A stretch of DNA of 64,000 nt from Takakia lepidozioides (lineage: Eukaryota > Plantae > Bryophyta), in NCBI GenBank assembly GCA_030704615.1, contig CM060731.1, positions 94,116,001 to 94,180,000 of the forward strand. The letters are read 5' to 3'. This document shows positions 1 to 13,400 of the stretch, one piece after another (the first letter of the stretch is position 1; each line of letters opens with the position of its first letter). A program made the position numbers and the translations under genes. Below the pieces are notes generated by a model. The model did no database searches and was not told the origin of the DNA. It was given only the letters and a program-made list of their open reading frames with translations.

Positions 1-721
1 AACAGACTGGGTGGAACACTTAGACGCGGCAGAGTTCTGTTATAATAACACAGAACACTCCGCAACGGGAGTTTCCCCTTTCGTATTGGTCTATGGAAAA
101 GCACCTCTGGTGCCGACAAGTTGGGCCGCCCAGGACGTTGAGGAACCGGCAGTAGCGGCAGTACTGGAAGAACGCGAGCGTTTGTTGAAGCTCGCAAAGT
201 ACAACATTGCCAAAGCTAGGAAACGGTATGAAAGGCAGGCGAATCGGAAGCGGAGGGAAGTAATTTTTGAGGTAGGCACAGAGGTCTGGTTGAACATCAA
301 GAATTTCCGACTACCTCCGGAAGTGAGTCCGAAGTTCGTACCTCCGTATGCGGGATCCTTTTGCATTCGGAAGGTTATGAATGAGGATGTGTATGAATTG
401 GAGCTGCCGGAAAATAGCAAGGTGCACCCAGTATTCCATGTCTCCCTTTTGAAACCTTATTTCAAAGATGAAGCGCGTCCGAATCGGCATCAAGTGTTGC
501 GTCCGCCACCTATGCTGTTGGATCATCAAAATGAACCTGAGTACGAGGTGGAGGCAATACTTAAGTCGAGGAGGTTCAGGAACCGAGAAACGGAGTATCT
601 TGTCAAATGGAAGGGCTATCATCATGTGGAGGCATCTTGGGTGCGTGCCTCAGAAATGGGAAACGCATCCGAGGCAGTTGCAGCTTTCGAAGGGCGACCT
701 CAAAAGCGGAAGAAGCGTTGA
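1..721 (+). CDS. Chromovirus (Tcn1-like Ty3/Gypsy) pol 3' end: integrase C-terminus, GPY/F region and chromodomain (5' part lies outside the window)
   Basis: ORF 11-721 has AEFCYNNTEHSATGVSPF, KVHPVFHVSLLKPY and a chromodomain EYEVEAILKSR..EYLVKWKGY..EASW with an intact aromatic cage. It ends in a basic tail, PQKRKKR. Confidence 0.93.
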   Translation, partial: TDWVEHLDAAEFCYNNTEHSATGVSPFVLVYGKAPLVPTSWAAQDVEEPAVAAVLEERERLLKLAKYNIAKARKRYERQANRKRREVIFEVGTEVWLNIKNFRLPPEVSPKFVPPYAGSFCIRKVMNEDVYELELPENSKVHPVFHVSLLKPYFKDEARPNRHQVLRPPPMLLDHQNEPEYEVEAILKSRRFRNRETEYLVKWKGYHHVEASWVRASEMGNASEAVAAFEGRPQKRKKR

Positions 722-1598
722 TGGGGACATCAACCTTGGAGCGTGGGGGAGGAAATGCATGCTTAGCCCGGCTTAGCTAGCTTAGGAATCCGATTGCAAA
801 AAACTTGTATTGTACAAAACGTGCTATAAATGAAATGGATTCCAAATGTTGTGCGTCCTATTTTGTTTGGAATGGTGATGCATGCCTACTTCAAGGCCAA
901 GGAACGATCCTCCCCGAGGATCGAATCGCCTTACTGCAACAACATTGCTTGCGACCGCTCATGATGCCGCTTTTGGCATCACCTTGAGCAAGGGTTCCCT
1001 GGAACCCTCTTTGACTAGGAAGATAACCTTGAACCAACCGTGCGCCCCAATCACTACAATTAGGTCCGCCTTGGAATGCTGGCCTGAGGTACGGGAACAC
1101 GCCGAAGCCGCACTATGACTTCGTCCCGAGGCTACACGATTATAGTATGTGAACGGAAGCACGTAGCTTCCGCGTTAGCCCGCACTACAAGGCAACCCCC
1201 TCGGTAGCGCAGTTATAGTACGCGCACGCGCCAGGTGCGCACTAGCACGTGAACTCCCAAAGGAGGCGCAAATTTCCTTGCCCCTTGGATAGGGGTCACC
1301 CGATTTCGGCACTACGCAAACACACGATTAACCCAATTTACCTCTCCCACTTTTATAAGCTAGCATGCATTCTACACACTGGGAGGAGCTTGAGAGGCTC
1401 CACCCTTGGCCGGGACTTGGAGGAAGTCGGCCGAACTAGCTAGTGGAGAGTAGAGTCAAGTGTGGGGTTTGGTTCTTTGCCATGGGACGCCATGGTATGG
1501 AAACAAACTCCTTGATGTGGGATGCCACAACTTGGATGTTCGTTTCTACAAAATGGACAAGTCGATGAGGACATCGACTCCATGTTGGTAGGGGTGTG

Positions 1599-2328
1599 TG
1601 TCGCGGCCCTTTGCCTTGAGGGCAGGGGGGGGGTCGGGACACAAGAGGGGCTGCCCCTGTGGTGGGGGCAGTAGCAGCGATAGGTACGGGGGCTGAAGCA
1701 CCCTTGAGTGCCCAAGGCACTCAAGGAGGCGGAGGCGCTCACTAGGTGGAGCCCCGCACACCGGGTTGCGGTGGGGGTGGCTCCACAAGGGGTGGTGGTA
1801 GCTTAGCGGGACTTAGTGGGGGTGGCATAGGACTCACCATGGGGTGGAGACCTCGAGGTGGGAGTCGTGGGGAGTCTTGGGACTCATCACGGTCCATTGG
1901 GGCCGCGGTGAGTGGGCCAAGACTCACCGCGACTCACCACCGGGAATCGAGGGTCTTCGTGGTGGTTCGCCATAAAATGGCATGGCTGGTTGTGAAACCC
2001 CCGCGGACAGCTACAGAAGTATATATAGGGAGTAGTAACCCCGAGAACGGTGCAAGCCCGTTGGTGACCAAAAACTAGTGAGTAAGCGAGCGAGCCGGAA
2101 AGCGACCAAAGAGTGGGGAGCTGTTCCGGACTGCCAACTACCAAAGGGAATTCCCGCTGGTTCCAAATCGGTGGAGGGTTCTTTGGGAGAACAAAGGGGG
2201 GACCGTTATGCCCCGGTGAGCAGCCGAAGCTCCAAGTTGGCCCGGCGGCCAGGTTGGGAGTCAGGCGCGCGCATCAAAGCGAGTAACTATGACTTGAAGG
2301 GGAGCTTACCGAAGTGAGGTGCGCGACA
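1599..2328 (+). repeat. Chromovirus 3' LTR (tgtcgcg...cgcgaca)
   Basis: 7-bp terminal inverted repeat, preceded by purine-rich ggtaggggtgtg and containing a TATA-like gtatatatag. A near-identical copy at 53466-54188 diverges from this one exactly after cgcgaca. Confidence 0.75.
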
Positions 2329-2520
2329 GGCTTACTGGCGCTCGCAGTCTGTTGACTGTGACTCTGTTGGGAGACTGTGCGTGAGTCCGTTGGGAGACTA
2401 TGCTTGGGAGACTATGCTTGGGAGACTGTGTGGGAGTCAGTTGGGAGACTAGAGGAGTCCGTTGAGAGACTGTGCATTAGTCCATTGCGGACTTGTATTT
2501 CAGGGACAATGCTACCAGAA

Positions 2521-2780
2521 GAATTGCAGACTTATATTGTCTTCTTCGTGACACCTACACGACATGAAACCTTGTCTCTTTTCGAGGAATTGCAGACTTA
2601 TATTGTCTTCTTCATGACACCTACACGACATGAAACCTTGTCTCTTTTCGAGGAATTGCAGACTTATATTGTCTTCTCCGTGACACCTACACGACGTGAA
2701 ACCTTGTCTCTTTTCGAGTCATTGCAGACTTATATTGTCTTCTTTGTGACATCTACACGACCTGAAACCTTGCGAATTTT
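2521..2780. repeat. 66-bp tandem repeat, about 4 copies, at the 3' end of the MULE transposase
   Basis: The unit gaattgcagacttatattgtcttc...ttgtctcttttcgag recurs at 2521, 2587, 2653 and 2719. Confidence 0.9.
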
Positions 2781-5700
2781 CGAGTATATATGTGCTGCAG
2801 GTGCAGGTGCAGACACCCTCTTGCTGGTTCTCCGCAAAACCCTAGGCCGGGTTTTCCAGGCCTCCACGAAATCTCGTCTCCTTTTCAGAGACATGTTGTT
2901 GTTGTCGTTCAGAGGACGGAAAGCCTTCGCTGCCGCAGGGTGCAACATTCCAGCCGCACTTTTCTCCAAGATATCAACGAGCTGCCCTCTGCACATATGA
3001 AGAGCAGATCGGGCATGTGCCTCCAGGTATTTGTCATCACCTACAATGCGAAGCATGTCCGCGAATTCTTGTTCCAATGAGGCTGAGACCTCCAGAGGTG
3101 CCTCGTCGTAGGGGAAGTCGTCCGGAGGATGTCTTTCCATGAACTGATTGGATTCGTCGTTGCCGCCGGCACCATTGCCCAAGAGCAAGTTAGGTAATCC
3201 TCCATGAATGGTTCCCAGCGCCATGCCACAAGCGCGCACAAGGAGGCCATCCTGCAGGTCAGGGTGAAGCATCTTCAAGACACGAACCTGATGTTTGCAT
3301 AAGTTTCCCTTCATTGCCCATGGGCACGTGCAACAACCCCAATCGCAATCAGGATTGTAAACAATGTATGTTGAGCCGGGGTGGTTGCTGCTGAGAACGT
3401 AGGCTGGTTCACCAGGACCCAAGGGAAGAGTAACACTCTTAGCAGGAATGTCTCGTGCTGCAAGTATAGAACTGGATATGTACTTTTCGTGTTTGTCATT
3501 TCTTATGAACCCGTGGGTCTTCAAATGGATTGCGTACCAGTAGTGTGTTAGCACACGGCCAGTGAGTTCCCATATAAGCCAGTCCACTCTACGACCATTC
3601 ATCTTGCTTTTTCCCATGACAAGTTTTGCCTTCAGATTTCCATGGTATGCCTCAATGCTTGCGTTTGTGTCTTGGCTTGCATGAGGGACATGGCGGGCTA
3701 CTGTACACCACATTGCTATTTTGGGCTTCCAGTACTGTTTGATATAGTCAAGAAATTCATGTCCTTTCGGGTATTTTGACCTCATACGACGGATTCTCCT
3801 TGCAACCCACCGAAGCGCTCTTTTCTCGTTGCGTGGTCCCCCTCTACAGTACATGAGGTCTCCCATATCCTTCAACGAGTTTACAGCGGTCACCGGATCC
3901 TTCGTTTTCTTGCATGATTGCTTCACCCATGCCTTGCGGACATGCCAAAGACAGAGGAAAATGAGTACTCCTTCAAAAACAATTCTGCACAACACACATG
4001 GTACACATTAGAGTCTTGGGATCGGACTGCAATGGTGGACTGCCGGAGTGGACTGTAACAGCGACATGTATCAGCGGGCAGAGCCACTGGACTCGCCCAA
4101 TGGACAATACAATGCCATGACGTTGATGTGCTGGAATAACCCCATTGGACTACCCAGTGGACTTCCCCATTGGACTTCCCCTAGCTAGGACTGGGGCAGC
4201 GGACTGCATCAGCGGACTGCCCCATTGGACTGCCACAGCGGACTGCCGAGCGGACTTGCCAGGGACTGCCGAGTGGACTTGGCAGCGGACGGCCGACCCA
4301 GGGGACTGCTGAGTGGACTTGGCAGCGGACTTGGCAGCGGACTGCCGAGCGGACTTGCTGGGGACTGATGACCGGACTTGACAGCGGACTACCAGTGGAT
4401 TTGCCCAGCGAACTGCCATCGGGTTTCGCCACAGGAGTCTGCCAGTGGACTATAGCAATGGACTGTTGTAGTGGACCTCGACAATGGACCGGTGCTGTGG
4501 ACCAACAGACTTACCGAATAGCGTTGATTTCTGCTTCGGCATCGTCCACAATGAAGGCATTGGGTCGTCAGCTCGGCAAATCTACGAGGAGTGAATCGCG
4601 CAAGGCTCTCATCCACGGAACTAGGTCTCTTGTCCGATTCCTCGCGGATAGGATATAGACAACTGGTATACCGTTCAACCACTCGTCGAAGACCATCAAC
4701 GTGTACAATGAGAACTGTTGGAATGCACAATGTAAGATGGTCAGAGCATGCAAATTCCGCTCAGTTCTGCATGAGAAGACTTCATAAGAGTGATGAGGTC
4801 TGTAGCGGTTCACAATGGGTCTGCCTCTCGGTCTTCCGCAACGTACACAACCCTAAACATACAGAAAGGGTCAGCACACCAAATATTATGTGAATGTTGC
4901 ATGGTACTATGCTATCATGCTCGTACAAGTCCATGGAATCGTTCGAATAGTACCTTGTCATGATTTGTCCCAAAGGTTGCATCACATGCAACGATACGGT
5001 CATGTCCTAGTTCCAGCATTCGTCGTTTCTGCCACCGAGTCTGTATGCCAATAGTGAATGTCAAATCTCCATCAAAATGCTCGAATGTTGGCTCTAATTT
5101 CTCCTCTTGATAGAAAAAAATGGACGCAGGATTCTGGTCTCTCCACATGCGCACACTCTCTGCATCATCGGCGTGCTTTTTGAAGGTTTGTCACGCACGT
5201 TTCTCGGCAAGGTTGCGAACATCTTGCTCCAACAAGAAATCATCGCGGGTCCAAGCATCGCCCAAGCTGGTGTTGTTCATCACGTGCTCTTTATGCTCCA
5301 TCATGATTTGGACGACCGACAGGCCTCGGCACAAACACTTGACGACCCAAGGCTTTCAATTCCTCGCTAATGTGTGGTGCATAGGCGTGGCGGGTGTTCC
5401 TGAACTCTGCGGACTTCCCATGCAAGGGTTTCCCTTGCGCATCTGTATGCTCCATGTTGTTGTAGTACGTGAGGACACAGATGTCAAGGGCGAGATAGCA
5501 TTGCTGGACCTTGAAACAGCATTGGCAACCACGTTTGTAAGACTCTCCATACTCCGACTTCTTTCTCCTTGGGCCTTTATGAGGGCAAGATGTTCCAGCA
5601 CCCACAAGAGGTCCTCCACGCTTCTGTTTTGGATCCTCCACTATTGCCTTGTTGGTGCGCTTGTCATCAGGACCGTAGCAGCATTGATACCTGGACAGAA

Positions 5701-6137
5701 AATTCTAAAATCGATATCCAACGACTTGAGGAAGCATAAAATCAGAGAACTCGTGAAACAAAAAATGGCAACAGACATGCAATGAAACATCAAAAGGACT
5801 GAGGATGGTGCACACATAATACTGGACAAAAATGTGTTGGCTCTGGGTGCTTTTCGCGAGCCGGGTTCCACTTTAGAATGGACATTCACCCAAACTGAGT
5901 GGGGTAGTCCTCCAAACTCTCCTCTCCCAGGACGAAGTCACCAACTCTATCCCAAGGTATGCAGGCCTTTTCAACATTCACTCGCACACCCATAAACCCA
6001 TATTGCGTCTCACTCTTCCAATGGAGATCCTTCCTGTTGAAGGGTCCTGGTTTTGCTGTTTGCAAACATTGTCGAAGAGGCCGTATAAGCGGGCTTTCCG
6101 TGATCAGTATATCATCGGGTTTTGCTTCCACGTCCAT
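2730..6137 (-). mobile_element. Mutator/MULE transposase gene with SWIM zinc finger, intron-containing and probably frameshifted
   Basis: Minus-strand segments include KRGCQCCF..HTDAQGKPLHG, VACDATFGTN, LYTLMVFDEWLNGIPVVYILS, CLWHVRKAW, DTNASIEAYH and SWIM CCTCPWAMKGNLCKH. A ggactg-rich intron lies at about 4000-4510. Confidence 0.88.
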
Positions 6138-6800
6138 GCCCTATACAGTACAAATGACACGCTTCTGAACATGCAAGAAATGCGCCGCAGTACAAGACAC
6201 AATCGACAACGTGCCAGGAGAACAGTGCGCACGTTCGCGGCTGCTGGCAAGTGGCAGGCGGCAGGGATGTAGGTTTGAATTGCAGCCCTAAAAATGGAGG
6301 GCTCGGATGGGTTATGGGAATGGACGGTGGCGATCCTGCGCCGTCAGCGGACTGGATGGCAGGGGACTGGCCAGCGGACTGGCGGGCAGACTGGCGGACT
6401 GGCAGACTGCTAGGCAGCGGACTGGCCAGCACCGGACTGGCGAGCAGACTGGCGGACTGGCAGTCTGTTGGGCAGCCAACTGGCCAGCAGCGGACTGGCA
6501 GACTGGAGGGCAGCGGACTCATGGGCGGGGGACTGGCCGCGCGGCGGACGGGGGTGCGGGCGCGGTTGCTGCAGCCGCGCCCGCGGCTGGGCGACCGCGC
6601 GCAGCGGCGGGCGGGGTGCAGGGGAGCCGGCCGTCCGTGTGCGGGGCCCACCGGCCACATCGCACGTGCCCATTGAAGACCCTATTATCTTAAAATGAGA
6701 GGCCTGAGCAGCAGCCCTCTCTCTCCCTCTCTCCAATTATCCTTCTGGAGTCATTGTTTTCGTCAATTTCTATGGTCTGCACAAATGATTCTATGATTAA

Positions 6801-7805
6801 CCCCTAAAGGACTAACCCCAATTTTTGGGTCCACCCCCAAAACCTTGACCCTTCCCCACTAAATAATTTATATCTTGAGATTTCCTCAGGCCTTGTAAAA
6901 CTGACCGTTGTAATATGTTCCTACCTACCCCAGCTATGAAAAGTCTGGTCCAAATCGACCCGGCGGATTGCAAGATTATGATGTTGAAAGTTGGGCCAAA
7001 AACAAATTTCCTATTTACAATGGGGTAAAAGACAGCTTTTCTTATCGAATTTCCCATCTGTGAATTTTTTTTTGACATGACACAAACCGGAATCTTGTAC
7101 CCTGCTAGGTAAGACACCTGCCCTGAAAATTTCAGCTTTTTCTGACATGTTCTCATGTGGGCTGCTTTGTATGGCCAATTTGGGGGGTCAAATTTCCCAA
7201 TTTCAATGGGGCAAGCACAAAACCGTATTAGAAAATTCGGAGAAACGATCTGAACCGTTGAATTGTCAATCGCTCTGGTTGGACTGTAGTGGGCAGGTTT
7301 GTGTAAGCAAAAAACAAATTTTGCGCCAATCAGAGCTTCCCTTCATATGATTTTTTCCCCTGCCCATGACTTCTCCATGTGCACCTCTGTTTGCCTATAC
7401 GTTTTGGCCAGTAGCCCTAAGGTATGTGGGTTTTGGGGGGATGCCTTTGCCTACCCGCCCCTTCTCATGTTCTCATGTGGAGCAATAAAGGGTGTTGGGA
7501 GACGCGCCACCCTGCGCAAGTTGGGGCTGCGTGGAATTTCTCCCTAACCTGACCCTAGTTGACATGTAGGATGGAGGGCATGTTAGCTGCCCAAAATGGG
7601 GCTGAAAACCACAAGTGTGGCAGATTTAAGGTGTTCCACGTGCTGGGGCCAGGCCCAATGACGAATTGGGAAATTCCACCTCATAGCTGACTTGATTAGC
7701 TATCCAATGAGCCTAAACATGCCCAAATCAGGCTTAACCCCAATGATAACCAGACACTTTTCTAAACCTAACCAACCCAATTCCGGTCGCTTTGTCCTTT
7801 AGGGG
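6801..7805. mobile_element. Non-autonomous piggyBac-like element (about 1005 bp)
   Basis: ttaa|cccctaaaggac ... gtcctttagggg|ttaa: 12-bp perfect TIRs starting with CCC, TTAA on both sides, no ORF. Confidence 0.7.
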
Positions 7806-7892
7806 TTAAAACATCATGGCATCCAATGATTTCATCTATATTGGATGAATTTCTTACTATCACTCAGAACATTATTACTCTCTTTTACAAGC

Positions 7893-8060
7893 TCTTTCAA
7901 GTGATTATCATCCATCATTCTCCAGCTCTCTTTCAAGTGATTATCATCCATCACTCTCCAGCTCTCTCTCAAGTGAATATCATCCATCATTCTCGAGCTT
8001 TTTTTCAAGTGATTATTATCCATCATTCTCCAGTTCTCTTTCAAGTGATTACCATCCATC
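7893..8060. repeat. 36-bp tandem repeat, about 4.5 copies
   Basis: Unit ctctttcaagtgattatcatccatcattctccagct. Confidence 0.85.
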
Positions 8061-9199
8061 CCGCACTCACCAAATGGCCAAAGATAAAAGGCGCCACGTA
8101 CCTCCGCCAAATAAAATCAAACCCTCCCGCACTCATACACCTCTAACATGCAACCATCATCTCATTCATCCGTGGATGCGTTCATCCACGTCCCTGCCCA
8201 GAGCCATCCATCCATGCTACTCGACTACTCACCTTATATTCCCACACTAAAAACCACAACCCCCACCAACTGTCATCTCATTCATCCACAGATGCGTTCA
8301 TCCACGTTCCTGCCCAAAGCCATCCGCCCACGCTACTCGCCTACTCAACTTAAGGCCCCTGCCGCACCAGCCTGCTATCGCCTGCTGCACTCCTACTAAC
8401 TACTGCTACATAGAAAATTGCGGCCGCACTAACATGTTTAAAATGTTTTAGCCATAACTATAGTTATCTATCCTAAAAACTTCCTTCCTACTTTAGAGCG
8501 AATCTAGCACTACCCCCCCTAGTGCTAAATCTAAACAGGCACGCTGCTTTTGGGCAGATGCCCGCGCCATTCTCTGCCATCGCCATTCCCATTCGCCATT
8601 GAAAGCCTAGAGTAATGTGCAGCATTGTGCTCCTAGCTCGTGATCTTGTCTCGTCGTTGCTCCTTTGGCTATGGCGAAAAGGAAGGAGGCGCGAGAATAT
8701 GGCGAGAGGAAGTCGGGCAGGGGCAGGCGAACGCATGTTTAAAACTAACAATATGCACTTAAAACATGTTAAGCTAAAATGTTGGTGCGGCAGGGATATT
8801 GTTAGTTGGAGCAGCTGTTATGAAAACGGGCCTGCTAACCGTTAGCAGGTGTGGGCTAGCCCCAGCACTAAAAACCATAACTCCCACCTACCAACAACCT
8901 ATAATACACCTATACCAAGCTCTCTACCAATCCCAAAATAAGGGCTTTCATAAATACTTCCCAACACAGCATCCCCCTTGACACTCATCAACGACCAGTT
9001 CTACCTATCACCTACATTGCCACCCCCCAATATTTATATGTGGGATTTTTGGGCACAAAGGTCTACTGGAGCATGGAGCATGCATGGAGCAAAGCTGGAA
9101 TGAGAATTTTAAAGATCGTTCACACGGTGGGACACCACAATCGCAAGGTGAGAAGTTTGTCCATCCTGCAAAATGTGGGCTCTTCCTTTAATTAGTAGC

Positions 9200-10460
9200 A
9201 CGCAGTGGTCCATGGTGACACTGTCAAAGCTGGAATGTACTAGATTCATTATGGACACTGCTTGGTGGACATGTATGTCAGATGAGAGCTTGGCAGCCCT
9301 GGAAAATCATGTAGAGGTCCATGGTGACAAATTATATAAGCTCGAATTGTACCACATGTCATTGTAATCACACTGGTGGACATTCCGGTGTGACCATGGA
9401 CCTCTACATGCTTTGTCAGGGCTGCCAAGCTCTCATTACCAGATGTCATTCTAAACACTTCCTTGGTAGACATGTATGCCAAATAACAACTCTACCTCAT
9501 AATCTTAGTTTCTACAGTCACCTTGGCGAACCATTTTGTTGGTCAGTATGTGCTCTTCCCCCTCCACCTAGGCTAATCCTTTGCCATGGTGCTTTAGCAA
9601 GCCAAGCAAATGATTAACTTACTGCAACAGTTCTAAACTAGCATATTTAGAAATTAATAACTATCAGTAGACATGTGCTGATCCTGCAATCTATGTTGCC
9701 GTATGCTCAGTTATCATATGCCTTTGAACCTATCCAAATTTCAGGAAGAAAGCATACAACGATAATAAACTACAGCTGGTCAAAAGTGACAAAAACGTTT
9801 CAGCAATAGCAGTAACCATGTTTGCTTGGATCCTCTGAGAATAGTGGGAAGTAGGACTGACCAGATGCGGCGCTTCGGCGGATTCTGTGAGCCTTGGCAT
9901 TTGGGGTGACAACAGGCTAGTTTTGTCTTGTTGGTGTTTATTTCTCCTTGAGAATTTTGGCGGAGTAGTTATGGTAAGGGATGGGAGCTTCAGCTTTGGC
10001 TTTTGGTGCTGCTGCTCATTACAATGGTGTTTATGAACCTCCGCTGGTGCATCTGATAACAGGCTACCATTGTGGTGAATGCCGACATTCTGTTTGATTT
10101 CTAGGAAGGGGTATTTCTAGAGGAACCAATAATGGTTTTTCCCTCTTTTTTCACAGGACTTATTGTACGAGCAAAAGAGCAAGTGGCAGTCCTGGATAAG
10201 CATGTAGAGGTCCATGGTGACATCAAGTCAAGCTCGAATTGTTCCCGTAGTCAATATTCTCAAATCTGCCCTGTTGGTCATGTATGCCAAATGTAAGCTT
10301 GGCAGCCCTAGAAAAGACTGTAGAGGTCTGTGTTGACATCGTTAAAGCTGGAATTGTACCCAATGTCATTCTGAACACTGCCTTGGTGGACATATATTCC
10401 AAATGAGAGCTTGGCAGCCCTCGAAAAGCACGTAGAGGTCCATGGTGACATCAAGTCAAA
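9200..10460 (+). pseudogene. Decayed PLS-class PPR motif fragments
   Basis: Repeated frameshifted pieces read V(I)LNTALVD(M/I)Y.K and ALE..EVHG. There is no continuous ORF. Confidence 0.55.
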
Positions 10461-13400
10461 GCTGATTTGTGAAATCAGTGAGACTGGATCTCTTGTAGTG
10501 ATCCCTTTGTGGCAGACACACTTCCAGAGGAGCTGGGAAGACTGTTCATTGTGCACGTGCCCTACATATTCCATGGTGCATGGAAGCCGGTGATTCCCTT
10601 CATTGACAAGGCCACCAAGGCCAAGGTATTTCAGCTTGACCTGTCCTCATGATAGGTTGAAGTTTGTCTTCATTAGTAGCCAGACACCTTCACTTGCCCA
10701 ACATTTTGTCACATCTGTTTCCAGCTCCATAGGTGTAGTAGCAGAGCGGGAAACAAACTCCTTTCTGGTATAAGTCCATACCAGCGCTCACAATTCTCAA
10801 TTCCTTGTAGCAAGATTGCCTTGGTTGTGTGTGAGGCCTAGTTCAGGTTTTCTCATGTATCTGATGTCAACTCAATCCAGGCTGGTTAGTTATTCCTTAA
10901 GGGTATATTCTCATAGCCAACATCTGCAGGAAATGGGCAATGGCTACGTCTTCTGATATAACATAGTTTTGCTGTCCAAAGCTTAATTCCAGCTTATAGC
11001 CAGATTGTCGTGGCAGTGCACTGAGTGTCTTGTTCAGGTTGTCTCATATATCCTAATCTCAATCCAGTTGTATAGCGTGGGGACAATGCCTTAAGGGTAT
11101 ATTGTTATATAGCCTACATCTGCAGGAAGTGCTAGGTAATTTTGCTGCATGTTGTCAAACCCTAAACATCTGCAGGAAAGGGCAATGGCTACATCTGCTA
11201 ATCTGACAGAGTCGTGCTGTTCAAAGTTACTATTGCTATGTAATTTTGCTGTCCCAAGTTCCCAGTGCTGTGCTGAATTAGTGGTCACCAAGCTTCAGTA
11301 GGATGTCTCCAAAAGGCCATTTCATCCCCAGCCAAGAAATTAACACACATTGTGGCAGGCTACTCTGACTTGACTGGGGGGCAAGCTACCATCTGCAAGT
11401 CAGTATAATTCTGGAACGCCGATGTCCTTTGCTCATTGCTTTCGCTGCTTAGTCATTGTAGAATTCATTAATTGCTTGTAACAGAGATTGAGTCTTGGAG
11501 CTGGTTGGCAGGCTCTGGCTTCCCTGTCAGTGGTCTGTGCTTTTCCTAGATAGGACTAGGGTGAAGACATTTCCCAGAACTGGTTTTCATTCTAGCTGGC
11601 CATTGCCAAGTTATTTGCTATGCTTTGTTCAGCATCTTTCAATTTCTTCATGGACTAAGAAATGGCTTTTGTCAGAAATTATTTGTGCCATGTAGATGTG
11701 AAGCTTTCTCCTCATGAATGTGAGCATGGCTTGGGTATTCTCAGTGTCTTTCCGTTTTACTCTCATCTTCCTCATGTCACGAGATTGCTAAGTCAAGCAA
11801 TGTTTCTGAGTGCAATGCTTCTGGGTTCTTGTGGATGACAGACGACACACACTGCAGTTTCCAGATGGTGTACTCAACAGACACTACAAGAAGTTGGTGC
11901 AGTGTCACACAGACTGTGGAAAGCAAAATGATGTATTCATTGCCTATCTGGTAATACTTTTTGGAGACAGAACATTCATCAAGCACTCAGCGGTTCTTGA
12001 CATGCGAAGGATGCCTCAAATGCCTTTCTTGGTTTTCTCATGGGTGCCAGTAGGTCCTTATGGAGTAGCTTAGCAATTGCCAGGAAATATCTGAGGTCAT
12101 AGGCGTATTTGTACAGGGCATTGCAACCTCAGTTCAGCTTACATGCTAATTTCATACTTATTTTGTGGTGATTGTGTGTATTTGACAACGATGAAGCCAA
12201 TGGAGGTGACTTGCCCTTTTCCTTTGGAGGGGCATCAAAGAGAAATAACTAAAACATGGCACTTGTCTGCAGGTAGTAATATTTAAAGTGGCAAAGCCTG
12301 CACGGATTGGAAAATCTGATGGGTTGGTGAAAGCTAAAGCAACAGCACCAATCAAATCTGTCCTGAGGAACCAAAAGTGGTAGAGGTGGAGTCTGATGAT
12401 GACAACTCTGAAGATGAGGTGAGACTTTCTTTTATCCTGGACCTGGACACTAAATTGTGCAGTTCAATCTGTAACTGCCCATACCTTGGCAATTTTGGCC
12501 AGGATGCATGACCTGACAAACTGTACTTTGAATTGATACCCTTTATTCACTATACAGGTAGGTCACCCATCTTGTTCTGGATGGTTTTGGATGCTCTCCT
12601 TTAGTTGTCCAGGGGATCTTTACCACCAGCTGTTGCTCTTGTGTAAGACATCTTGTCTGACACTTTGGCTGGTAGCTTTGCTTCATCGTATTGTTCTGGT
12701 TCGGGTATTCATCGCCAGCAGACCTGTTGAACAGCCGGAACTTTTCAGATATTGTAGTGTGTCGGACCCTGAGTCTGACTAGTGTTTTGTTTCCCATGTT
12801 GACAGTACATGCTGCCTTCGAGCACATGGCTGATGTCAGGACTGTGCCCTCTGTAAAAGTAACAGTGGTTTTTGACTCCAGCAGTTCAACAGTAGGTGTC
12901 GTACTTTGAGATTGAGGCAAGCATGCCGAGATTAAGGAGTGAATGTTGGTTGGCATGCATTTTCAAGCCTGATAAGGAGGTTATGGCCCGCGCTCTGCTG
13001 GATGATATTGCCTCCGGCGACGATGATGAAAACGATGAGGTGTTTGCTTACTAGGCTTAATATGTAGCCTTCACTCACTTGTCAGAGGCCCTAGAATATC
13101 TTCGAGGTTGCTGTGGATGAAGCCTGAGCCTCCTTGAATCTTGCAAGCAGGGACTTTTCCACCTACAGTTCATTGCTTTAAATTGGGTGGGTGACTTAAT
13201 TTCCAGCCATTCCACCCTGGTACTCTTTCCCGCTCCATGCTCAAAACATTTTGGTCCTTATCTTGGCCCTTGTGGCCTTGGTCTTGTACATTTGGGAGCA
13301 GACCTGTTCATGTTCAAGCTTGTTGCGGCACACAGCTAGTTGCTGGTCTACCTTGTGTGTTGGTTTAGGTAGAGAGTGTTGCATTGTCTTCCTTGGCACT

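Noticed and set aside
2521-2780. CRISPR-like periodicity (also 7893-8060 and 14620-15400)
   Set aside because: These are head-to-tail tandem repeats with no unique spacers, in a eukaryotic context.
6112-6736. Overlapping GC-rich ORFs
   Set aside because: Low-complexity ggactg repeats upstream of the MULE transposase; not credible proteins.
8350-8840. Possible Harbinger-like MITE
   Set aside because: Only partial inverted repeats (ccgcac..aacat / atgttggtgcgg); clear ends and a TSD could not be fixed.
10500-13400. Decayed coding-like sequence (also 32150-33480)
   Set aside because: No recognisable motifs, so no call can be supported.
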